From contig NW_026931375.1 in the NCBI RefSeq assembly GCF_032062105.1, forward strand, positions 124,001-188,000: a stretch of 64,000 bases of DNA. The letters run 5' to 3'. A program made the position numbers and the translations under genes. A model generated the notes under the pieces. That model saw only the letters and a list, made by a program, of their open reading frames with translations, was not told the origin of the DNA and searched no databases. Positions 53,373 to 64,000 of the stretch are shown here, in pieces. Positions within the stretch are counted from its first letter, which is position 1, and each line of letters begins with the position of its first letter. This stretch comes from Saccostrea cucullata (lineage: Eukaryota).

Positions 53373-54490
53373 ATTATTATCCCCCCGCTTGAAAAGCGGG
53401 AGGGCATATAGTGATCAGGAAGTCCGTCCGTCCGTTACGCTTTGGGGTACTCTTATCTGCAACTCCCCTTAAACCACTGAATGACTTTCACAGAATTTTT
53501 GTTACATAGTGCCATTGTGCATCTCTTATTATGCCCTCCGCTTGAAAAGCGGGAGGGTATGTAGTAATCGGTATGTCCGTCCTTCCGTCTGTACGTCCGT
53601 CCGTCTGTTACGCTTTGGGGTACCCATCTCTTATCCGCAACTCCTCTTATACCGCTGAATGAAATTTGATGAGACTTTCACATAATCGTTTTGTATAATG
53701 CCATTGTGCACCTCCTATTTTACTTTTTGAAGGGACACATATTTTGGGTTTTCCAGAGCGAAACATTGACACTGCCATTTTTTCTATAGTATTGAAGAGT
53801 ACCCATCTCTTATCCGCAACTCCTCCTATACCAATGGACAAAATTTAATGATAATTTCACACATTCTTTTTTACATGATGCTATTGTGCACCTCCTATTT
53901 ACTTTTTGATCTGACACTTATTTCGGATCTCAAAGAGCAAAAAAGGGCCTTTGTCATTATAATCATATGGGAGGCGGGAGTATCATTTAGTGAGCTCATT
54001 GCTCACTGTACCTCTAGTTTTACTTTTTGATCTGACACATATTTTTGGTTTCCATAGCAAAATATGGAATCTGTTTTTTTTCTAAATAATAAAGGGTGCC
54101 CATCTCTTATCTACAACTCCTCTTTTACCACTGAATAAAATTGAATGATATTTCACAGATTTTTTATTACATACTTCCTTTTTGCACCTTCTATTTTACT
54201 TTTTGATCGGACACATTTTGGTTTTCCAAACCAAAACATTGACACTGCCATTCTTTCTATAATATTGAAGGGTACCCATCACTTATCTGCACTCCACCTT
54301 TAACACTGAATAAACTTGAATGAAACTTTCACAGATTCTTTATTACATAATATCATTTTCACCTCCAATTTTACTTTCTGATCGGACACTTATTTCGTGT
54401 TTCCCAGAGCAAAACATGGACTTTGCCAATATATTAATATGGGAGGCGGGGGTATCATTTAGTGATCGAGCTCATGCTCAAAGTACCTCT
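53373..54490 (-). mobile_element. Cluster of family-B HINE copies (minus strand); a further fragment at ~54920-55080
   Basis: Repeated 3' hairpins cccgcttgaaaagcggg (53383, 53537, 54928), ccgt/ctgt microsatellites, 5' ends ...gtatcatttagtgagctc (53980, 54452). Confidence 0.75.
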
Positions 54491-55276
54491 TATTATTTCT
54501 GGAGAATAATGCCACATGTATATTAAGTCGTGTAAACTAATTTCTGTCCAAAGTAGATCAAACTTAAAGGCCACATAAAAAAAATACTTAGAGTATATTC
54601 AAAAAGTCTTTCATTTATTTTTACCACGATATTAACATTGAACTTTTTATTTATTGTCCGGCTACTTTTGTAATCCCTTCGCGATCTGGACTTATCACTT
54701 TATATACGCGTTATTTAGTACATGTACCACAATTAAATGAAATCTTAAAAATGTAAGAAGTCATGTATCTTACTCATTGAAAAGGGTTTTTATTAGGTTT
54801 GGAATAGTTCATTTTTTCGCAATTGGCTTATCAGAAAATTTTCTATCTGACATCTATGACAAATGATATTAACCCCCCCCTTCCAAAAAAACAAATCTGT
54901 CTTATCGCGCATTTGACCTTTTATAACCTCGCTTGAAAATCGGGAGGTTATATAGTAATCAGGATGTCCGTCCGTTACGCTTTGAGGTACCCATCTCTTA
55001 TCCACAACTCCCCTTTTACCACTAAATGAAATTGAATGAGACTTTCACGGACTCTTTCTTATATAGTGTCATTGTGCACACACTAAAATACTGTGGTGGG
55101 TACATGATATTTTTTTCCTAACTACATTTGGTATCATTGTGAATGCATGTGCAGTAACACACCTAAAATTTGGTGACAGTAAACTTTATAATTATAATTA
55201 TTTTATAATTATAAAATTTAGTAATACAAACATTACACAAAAGCTTCACACTGCATGACACTTGCACCATGACAAT

Positions 55277-57055
55277 CCTCACATGTACTCTGCCCTAATA
55301 CATTGCCTCCACCTGCCTCTCTCCTTGGCTGCTGCCCTCGCTGACGCCCAGCCATTCTATCCCAGTTGTAACTTTCTTGCTCCGTGGTCCTTCGCCACGT
55401 TGTTTTTGGCCTGCTTACTTTTTTCTTTCCTTCTGGATGCCATGTTAAAGGTGCATGGACACAGATTTTCTGTATAATATCACAACTTACATATTTTAAT
55501 AGCATTTCACACAAAAATATTTTTAAAATTTTGTTTCATCTAAAAGTTGTTGAAACTTCAAATTTTTGGATGGATTTGATTGACACATCCTTGCTCTCTC
55601 ATATACATTAATATTTCCATTAATACACGACAAGATTGCCACGTTTCTTAAGTACTAAGAATAAAATTAAAATTTGTGAAAGTGCAAGGATGTGTCAATC
55701 AAACCGTCTAAAAATTTGAAGTTCTAGTAACTTTTAGATGAAATAAGATTTTTAATAAATTTTTGTGTGAAATGCTATTAGAATAGATAAGTCGTGATAA
55801 TATACAGAAAGTATTAACGTCAAATCTGTTTCCATGCACCTTTAATGCCGTGGTATATATCCTGGTGTTATCTATCCTCAGTACATGGCCAATCCAATTC
55901 CACTTCTTCATAGTTATTATTTTACTTGCTCTAGCTGTCTTTGTTCTATGATAGGGTTCTTCATTTGACATTTTCTCAGGCCATTTTACTCTCATGATCT
56001 TTCTAAGGCATCTATTCTGGAAGATGTCAATTTTTCTTTTGTCTCTCTCCGATAGAGTTCTTCATTTGACATTTTCTCAGGCCATCTTACTCTCAAGATC
56101 TTTCTAAGGCATCTATTCTGGAAGGTGTCAATTTTCCTTTTGTCTGTCTCCGTTGTTTTCCATGTTTTACTTGCATACATTAGAATTGACAGGACCAAGC
56201 TGTTAAATAACTTTACTTTTGTTTCCAGATTTTTCTGAGCTTTCCAAATTGAGACTTATAGCTTTTCCCAGTCTGTTGGTATTGTCCTCATCAGATCCTC
56301 CCCTTGTCTTTATCACAAGTTCAAGGTAAGTACTAATAAATGTCTCTACATCCTCCAGGTCTTGTCCATCAGTCTTTACTGCCTCTTTTAAGTCAGTGTT
56401 GACCTTCATCACTTTGGTTTTCTTGATGTTTTAATATTCTGAGGCCAGGTTGTCCAGCAATTTCTTTGAGTCTTTGTGTCTTTTGCTGGATGTCTTGAAA
56501 TTTTGAGGAAAGCAAGGCAAGATCATCTGCGAAGTCTAGATCTTCGAGTTTTGTTGTGAAATTCCCCCTTATTCCTGGTTTTTTCCTTCTGTAATTCTTT
56601 TCATTACGTAAACTATGACCAACAGAAATAGGAATCCAGACATTGTGCATTCCTGATTCACCCCTGTTGTTACCCGGAACCAGTCCGTTTCTTCCTCATC
56701 TTCTAGGACTGCACATTGGAATGATTTATATAGGAGTTTCACCATTCGGACCAGTTTGTCTGGGATGCCAAAAAACTTCATGATAGACCAAAGGCTCTCT
56801 CTGTGAATGGAATCAAATACCTTTTCAAAGTTAAAATCATTTATAAACAATGTTGAATTCCATTCGATACATTGCTATATGCTGTTACGGAGGGTAAAAA
56901 GTTGTTGTGTTGTACTCCATCCTATTCTGAAACTAGCTTGTTCCTCGTGCAGCTGTTTTTCCTCTCCATCTTGAATTCTTTATATCACTATTCTGAAGAA
57001 CACTTTGCTTGGCACAAACAAAAGCGTTATACCTTTATAATTATAACATATCGAT
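55277..57055 (-). mobile_element. Degenerate RTE-clade LINE fragment
   Basis: Broken RT motifs FEKVFDSIHRESLW, TTGVNQECTMSGFLF, LEDLDFADDLALLS, FQNRCLRKIL, WNWIGHVLR, RPKTTWRRT; TSD-like atgacaat at 55269-55276 and 57056-57063; absent from the paralogous intron. Confidence 0.88.
55449..55841. mobile_element. Kolobok-type MITE (TTAA target) with long TIRs, nested in the RTE
   Basis: ttaa-aggtgcatgga ... tccatgcacct-ttaa; ~145-bp imperfect inverted arms; removal restores YTTALTWHPEG. Confidence 0.85.
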
Positions 57056-58496
57056 ATGACAATTAGTTATCTTTATTTTAAATGAGTTAATTTTAAGGAA
57101 GAACATATGGGCTTTCTGACTTCAAAAGATGGGATGATTAAAAAGAAGGACGATAAAATAAAGAGAAAATCAAACCAAAGGGCATATCTTAAAGAAAATA
57201 ATCCGAGAACAAAAAGGACGAAGATAAGAATGAAGGAAAACATGAAGGAAAAAATATTGAAAAGGCAGGTTGAAAGGTTAAAGTAGAATTTAAGTACAGA
57301 AGATATTAAAGAAAGATAGGAACACCAAGGAAAGGAGAAGACAGAGAAAAAAAAAAGATAAAAAAGGAAGCTACAGAAGAACAGATGGTAAATTCTGAAA
57401 CAGGAAAGAAAACAAAAGAGAAAGAAATGGTGGCGAAAATGGCAAATAACAAAAAGAGAAGAGCAGAGAAGATACAGAAGCAAAAGCAAGAATTGCAGCG
57501 CAAGAGAGCGAAGGAGATGCAGAAGGAAGGACAAGAACTGCAGTGAAAGAGAGCGGAGGAGATACAGAAGGAAGAGCAAGAACTACCAAGAACTGCAGTT
57601 CAAGAGAGCGGAGGAGATACAGAAGAAAAAGCAAGAATTGCAGTTCAAGAGAGCGGAGGAGATACAGAAGGAAGAGTAAGAATAGCAGTGCAAGAGAGCG
57701 GAGGCAGCGAAAGAGAGCGGAGGTCGGAGGAAATACAGAAGGAAGAGCAAGAATCGCAGCGCAAGAGAGCGAAAGAGATACAGAGGGTAGAGCAAGAATT
57801 TCAGCACAAGAGAGCAGAGGAGATACAGAAGGAAGAGTAAGAATTGCAGCGAAAGAGAGCGGAAAGATACAGAAGGAAGAGCAAGAATTGCAGCGAAAGA
57901 AAGGAGGAGATAACAGAAACTGGTAACAATAATTCCAATCGAGAATTAAAAGCCAAATCTGAACTGTTGTTCGACAGATTGTTTATTTTTTTAAATCAGT
58001 AAAGGCTCTTGACACTACAATTGTATCTTATATAAAAAATAAATAATAACTTCATACCTATTAGCACACAAGCGTATTTTTGGTATAGGATATTTTTTAT
58101 ATAAGAATATTTATAAGTCCATTTTAGATAAATCGTATTATTGGTAGCGAAGTGAAGATATTTATGTGAAACATTCTTTTAGGACACAGTAACGTTTCAT
58201 TTCAGTGGAATAATCTAGAAAAAAAATGTAAAACTACACTCGATCGGTATTTGTAGTAACGGTGAATAAAAAGTTATAAAAAAAAATTACAATAAAACGC
58301 TATTATATCGTATTTTTCCACTTTTTAGATTTTAATATAGCTTTACTGTTTATAAAACTTTTTCACCTATAATGTTATGTAAAATATGTGACATATAGTC
58401 CTTTTTGTCTGCACACATGCATAACTTTTTACATGTATCATCTGAACATATACTAGAGTATTGCACAAGAATCAGGGAACGTTAATCGGTTCCTCT

Positions 58497-61400
58497 CTAA
58501 GTCTGTCGTTGTGAATAGGTCGCAGCAAACCTCATGTTCAGATAATCAATGCTGGAAATTTCCTCGTATTTCCCGGAACCGTCCAAACACTTTATCATGA
58601 CGTCATCGTCAGGTTGAACAAAAAATGCCAAGGATTGCCTCCCCTTCTTTTGCGTGACTTCCTTCTCAGGAATGAGGACTCGGTGTTTCTGTAAAAGGCA
58701 TTAACGTTTAATGATAATGTTTTATAAGGCTACATTTCTCCATAAATCCACAACTTATCATTTAATATTTAACGTCGGTTTGCAGAGGATGAAAATTCAC
58801 CAATAAATTAACTGAATAGTCACTTAATTAAAAATCTGAATGGTCATTGAATGGCTTTGTCACTGAATGGCAGATCCATTCAGTCACATATCAGTAAACT
58901 TTTAGTTTCAGTCAAATGTAATTATAAGTTGACTAAATGGCAAAGATTCATCCTGTGTTTTCTGTTTAATAGTAAGTTAACATACAGTTGCAATAAGTTT
59001 GTCTGCCGTCCATCGCTGCATCAGGTCCCCTAGATTGACTAACACTGTACCATGTATTGGGGAAGCTGGGACGTAATCAAACCCCGTTGGTTTTACCTGA
59101 AATAAACGCATTGCTCTTGTTGCATGCTACATATGAAAACATATCACCAAATAGAAAAAGGGAAAATAAAGTGTAAAGATGCATTGTACATGTATATAAA
59201 TGCATAATCTTTTTCGAAAATATTCACGATGGCTGATTGGTCAAAGAAATTCTTTGATCGCAAACATTGCAAAATTAAAACCACCACAATGTCATCCATT
59301 TCACGTTTAAATTCAATATAACCATTAATACTTTTAAGTAGATTTATACTAAAAACAGAATTATATTTCATGCTTATCTGATTCCCATATGCCTATATTA
59401 TGGAAAACTACAGACACTGAATTTATTTTTTTTTAAAAATGCATTGATGCAGTTAAAACGTTTTTAACTTCCTGAAAATTGGCTATTTTCCTTCCATTTC
59501 TACGTAAAGTCATTTTTAAGTAATATGGGCTGCATTTTTGATAATTCTATTTTGCTGGTAAAATGTGATATTATGATTAATTTGTATATTATTTAAACTC
59601 TTATGATCGATTAGACTAAAATAAAGTTTAAATATATGTTTCTGTACGATCGAATATATTGTATTAAATAAGTAATCATTATTGTACAGGACGACAATGA
59701 TGTAATTTTGCTTCAATTAAAGCTTATAAAAAGTTCTTCCATCATAAATATGAACAACAGAGGTTTACAGATGGTCTTCTTTTCTGTCATTGAAATAGAT
59801 AATCACAAATTTGCAACAAAATTTTCCGATGTCAAACATGCCACTCATATTTTATATACTGTGATATACATACATGTATGTGTGAAGAAAAAAGTCCTCA
59901 CCTCTAAGCCTCCGATATCATCCTGGAAAAGCAGTGTGATGGACCCGTAGTCTGAATGTTCCCCACAACGCACCTGTCCCGGTTTAACACCTGGAAGGGT
60001 AATGTCAAGGAGGAGAATTAAAATAAAAGTAACAGCAATGGGAATTTTATTTGCATACTAGGTTTAAAAATCGATACCCTGTTAAAATTATTTAAACTGA
60101 TAAAAATAATCAAAAGAAATATTTTTTTTTGAAAATTATGTAAATTCACAATATGATACGTCAATAACAATTTTGGCATTGGACGACTATACATTGTATT
60201 TACCTTTAGTAATTGGCGGATAGTACAAGGATCGTAAAGTTGTGGCGTTTCCACTGTTTCCCATCCTCTGATGGCACTGCCTTAAGTAAGTTTGGTCCTA
60301 TTGATATTAAACATATAAAGTATTAAATTAACTAGACAATTTTACTACATTTTTCTACATTCATTCCCAACAGAGTTCTAAAAAGTAATTTACATACTAT
60401 GTCCAGACCAATGGACATTAAATCCAGGACTCGACTCCCCAGTTCTTGTGATAATGAAAACATTTCTTTGAACACTTTGTAGAAGTCTGGGAGTATATCC
60501 AAAGGCATGGTCTGAAAATATTTGTAAAATTTAATGTGCATAGTCAGATTAAATTTGGTTTAAATATAATTTTTGGCAGAGGATGTCAGTCAATTTCGCT
60601 TGATGTTTTGAATACCGATTTCCTTAATAGCATTGATGAACATTTATGTATGTAATAAAAATTAACTAAGATAAGTGGGTTTTTTTTGTTGAATTCATAT
60701 GTATCACTATATAATTGAATATCTTCACAGACAGTGCATAAATAAAAAGAAAATTAAAACTAAAATTGTTATGAATTATAAGCAATTGCCAATTTACTTC
60801 AGAAATATTAAGAAATTACGCTCAACGTCTCTTTCAAAAATCTGATTTGTTTGTTTGTTTTAAAACATCCGCGTCTGATGTATCTGCGTATATGCTCATT
60901 CATGGACCTGAATATTTGTATCTCAATCGCATCATCTTGGGTTTTTCCTTCAGAGGCCGGAAAACAACTTGCTTTTTCATTAGTCGGAAAGGCCCAAGAA
61001 GTTGCGATTACGTTGTACCCGTAAATGTGTATAGTATACTTACTCCTTGGTCATCCATCAACGTCATATTGTACGCCTCTTTCAAATCAGCCACCGGTCT
61101 CTCTGGATTCAAACTAAAAATCACCAAACGTCAATTATACCCTGGGGAAAGGAATTAACTTAGTATTCTGGTTCTGTTTCACTCAATTTAAAATTTTATG
61201 TTACTTTTCTCTCTCTAGGGCCACCCATCCGTGATTGTCGTCTGCTGGCCTTTCATACTTCTGTTTTATCTCCACTGGTTTCTCAAAGAAGGTCTTCGAA
61301 ATTGCAAACGTGTTCTCAATCTGTTATAGAAACATAGTTAAAAATGCTGATTTGAATGAAACACACTGATCAAAACTGAAGTTCAAATAAAATCTCATTA

Positions 61401-62700
61401 ATATGGATATTTCTAAGATTTCTAAGACTTTGTCAAATTCAAAGAACGAAATATTATTTTTTTTCAAAAGGTCTTATTGGTCAATGTAATGAATATAAAT
61501 ATTTAAAATATGTATTTCTAAGACCTTTCAAAAGAATAAGTTTTTAGAAAGAAGTTTTTCAAAGGGTCAAAGTTCTTGGTATGCAATGAAAGATGTTAAA
61601 AAAACCAAGGTCAAGGTTAAAAGGTCAAAATTGTTGTATCCTTGCCACAAAGAATATATAATTGACCAAGGTTATAATTCTTAAAAAGTAGCTCCAAGGT
61701 CAAGGTCAAAAGGTCAAAGTTCTTGGTATCCAATGAAAGGTCTTTTTACAAGAAAACTTATTTGAAGTTAAAAATAGCTGTTCAAAAATTAAATGAAACA
61801 CACTGATCAAAAACTTGATATTTGAAATATTCAATTCAAAAATCCAGTTTGGAAAGTAAAAGTTGGACCCAATTCTTAATCTTTCACAAGGAATACACAT
61901 ATGAAATATGAAAATCATATCAAGGTTAAAGTTTTTTGAATTTAATTCATGCTTTCGCGAAAGCGGGGGACAAAAAATGTACTGACAAGAATAATTTGGG
62001 TTTCTTGGGGTAAACAGTGCCCCCCCCCCCTTCAAAAATGAAACCGGTGCTGATCTACAGAACGACCTTCAATTGCAAAGAAAGCACCACACCCGAATTC
62101 CTTAATCTAACATCATATCTTTGAATTCATCGCAACCATGCGCGGATTCGAGAGTTATTGACTTGAAACCATTTCAATATTCCAAGTAATATGACCTTAC
62201 AGCGGATAATCATAACCCCAAAACCTGTAGGCCTACAACTACAAGTGACAGTTAGTATGTAATCTGTATCATCTGGAATTTTGCGTTTACCTCAACATGT
62301 ATAGGTAAACGCAAACGTCTGTATGATACAGAGTAAATAGCAGTCCGAGCGTATTGGTTCGAACAACGATTAAGTGACAGACAGACACGTGTGCCTTAAT
62401 TTAAATGTTTCATCTCGTTGAAGAGAAATTAAAATTTAATGCGTTTTTTATTTTAACTTTTGATAATATTTTAGTCAGCTCTCAATAAAGTCTTTGTATG
62501 TATGTAGGTTTTAAGCTCTAAATTCTGATCAATTTACTTACAACATTTTCTGGCAATCCATGATTTTTCAGATAAACAAATCCAACAGTTGTAAACGCTT
62601 TACGGAGTTCGTCAGCGATACCTCGGAGTTTCTGAACGTCCTCCTGACCTGCAGGGACTGACAAGGAGTAAGCCGCAAAATCAACCACAGGAATCACCAT
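58497..62700 (-). CDS. 2-oxoglutarate/Fe(II)-dependent dioxygenase (isopenicillin N synthase-like, DIOX_N + 2OG-FeII_Oxy), intact
   Basis: Eight in-frame exons (approx. 62542-62700, 61205-61320, 61045-61114, 60398-60511, 60204-60297, 59902-59991, 58986-59095, 58497-58688): MVIPVVDF..GFVYLKNHG, DLKEAYN, TTLRSLYYPP, GEHSDYGSITLLFQD, VNLGDLMQRWT, KHRV..RQSLAFF. HxD...H iron triad and RxS 2OG-binding motif present. Confidence 0.93.
61505..61760. repeat. Degenerate interspersed-repeat fragment
   Basis: aaggtcaaagttcttggtat.caatgaaag and ccaaggtcaaggt motifs each occur twice. Confidence 0.45.
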
Positions 62701-62740
62701 CTTCTTACAGTAATACCGCTCAAAATGGGGCTGTATTTAA

Positions 62741-63105
62741 AGCCATATACGGCGTATGTACAATGAAAATTATTGGACTAAAATTATAAGAACTTATTAT
62801 TTGTATCATTACTTTATATAAAGATAGAACTTTTCCGTAAATGACAAAATCTGAATCAATTGCGTTATAAAGATATCACAATTTAATTTGGATTCTCGGA
62901 ATTTTCTCCGACTCGGAAGAAAATACAAAAGATTTAAATAACACATTACAGAGAAGATAAAATCGTATTATTAGATGAAACGAGGTGTTCTCCGTGTTCA
63001 GAATTGTATGAAAAGCTTTAATTTAAATGTATCAACTATATTTCTTTACTTAATTTTTGTATTTTTCAAAAATATATTTTTTGATCACTTACGCCATATA
63101 TGGCT
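62741..63105. mobile_element. Kolobok-type MITE (TTAA target) just upstream of the dioxygenase ATG
   Basis: ttaa-agccatatacggcgta ... tacgccatatatggct-ttaa. Confidence 0.8.
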
Positions 63106-64000
63106 TTAAACTTTTAAAGAAAAACCTGTGAAAAAAGAGAGAGAGAGAGAAATAATTCTCAATAGGACTATTTAAACACCTGTTTATGGACAGTTTCGGA
63201 CAAGAATCTGATTTTACCTGATTACATAGGTCAAACTGTATAACCTGGTAGGTGTCGTCAACCTAGCTACTGCATGGCTAGTTTTAAGTCAACAATCCAT
63301 GACCATGAATATGTTAGATTATACTAGATACTATTGATCTCAGTATTTTTGTCTTTATTACTTGGGAGAAAAACATGAAAGTGTTATCTTGTTTAATTAC
63401 AAAGAAAAAAAAGAAAAGGTGAAAAAATTATTTAGTAAACTTTTGTCGGTTTTCAATGGTGATTATATCTATCGTATGAACATGACATTGTGTGTCAAGG
63501 ACATCTACGATCAAGGTTTGGACACAATTAAAGAAATTAATGTTATGTACCCTTATATGTCACCGAAAATAGCTTAGGTGGATTGAAAATGAAATTTGAA
63601 ATGGATTCTCAATTCCATGTTTTCTCAGACACCGGTACCGAATTTTACCCGCATTTTCATTGTCTATTGTCAAATGTTTTGACTCTAATGAATAGATAGG
63701 AATGATGTAAGCTGCTAATTTTTTTCAGTCTTACCAGTTTTTAACTCGCATCAACAAATAAAGTAAGTACCTATTTTATCTAGATGGTGACTGACACTGA
63801 ATGAGTGCGTGCTTTTGGTACATTTCACTAAATATTACACAACGTATCTGCAAATTGAATTAATTTTTATGTAAAAAATTAATGGATTGTCAAATAGTTA
63901 TCTTCAGTATAGTACCCTTATAAACCCTAATTTAAGGACAGTTTTAACGAATTTTATTTCGGTTTTTAATTTTAGTAGGGAAATTGCCTAAACTCGATAA

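Larger units (their letters stand above)
55085..57926 (+). pseudogene. Decayed coiled-coil repeat gene, copy 2 (paralog of 37192-40343), with a LINE inserted in its intron
   Basis: 55085-55276 matches intron 37228-37400; 57064-57400 matches 37400-37850 (ag|gaagaacatatgggctttctga...); degenerate 45-bp repeats 57460-57910; several stops and frameshifts. Confidence 0.75.

Overview
AT-rich, intron-rich animal genomic DNA. The repeat content suggests a bivalve, probably an oyster (Crassostrea/Magallana-type): a Cg170-like ~166-bp satellite in Helentron-type non-autonomous elements and Deu/Nin-core SINEs. Genes: (1) the 5' part of SPOP/roadkill (MATH-BTB; minus strand, runs off the left edge); (2) a complete ~27-exon invertebrate-type contactin (CTLD + 6 Ig + 4 FN3 + GPI signal; minus, 23434-36420); (3) a tandem segmental duplication whose unit is a plus-strand 45-bp-repeat coiled-coil gene plus a minus-strand 2OG-Fe(II) dioxygenase. 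One dioxygenase copy is intact (58497-62700); the other dioxygenase and both coiled-coil copies look pseudogenised. Mobile DNA is dense and often nested: a near-intact Gypsy LTR element (16160-22024), two LINE fragments, a decayed PIF/Harbinger-ISL2EU-like transposase, many satellite-carrying HINE/pearl-type elements, MITEs, two Crypton-like long-hairpin elements and two SINEs. Best leads: a SINE whose tRNA head is replaced by a compact pseudoknotted RNA (self-cleaving ribozyme candidate), a possible non-AUG start of SPOP, a Crypton-like hairpin insertion cleanly splitting a LINE, and a chromodomain-like tail on the Gypsy integrase. All calls were made by eye; exon boundaries were read manually and may be off by a few bases.
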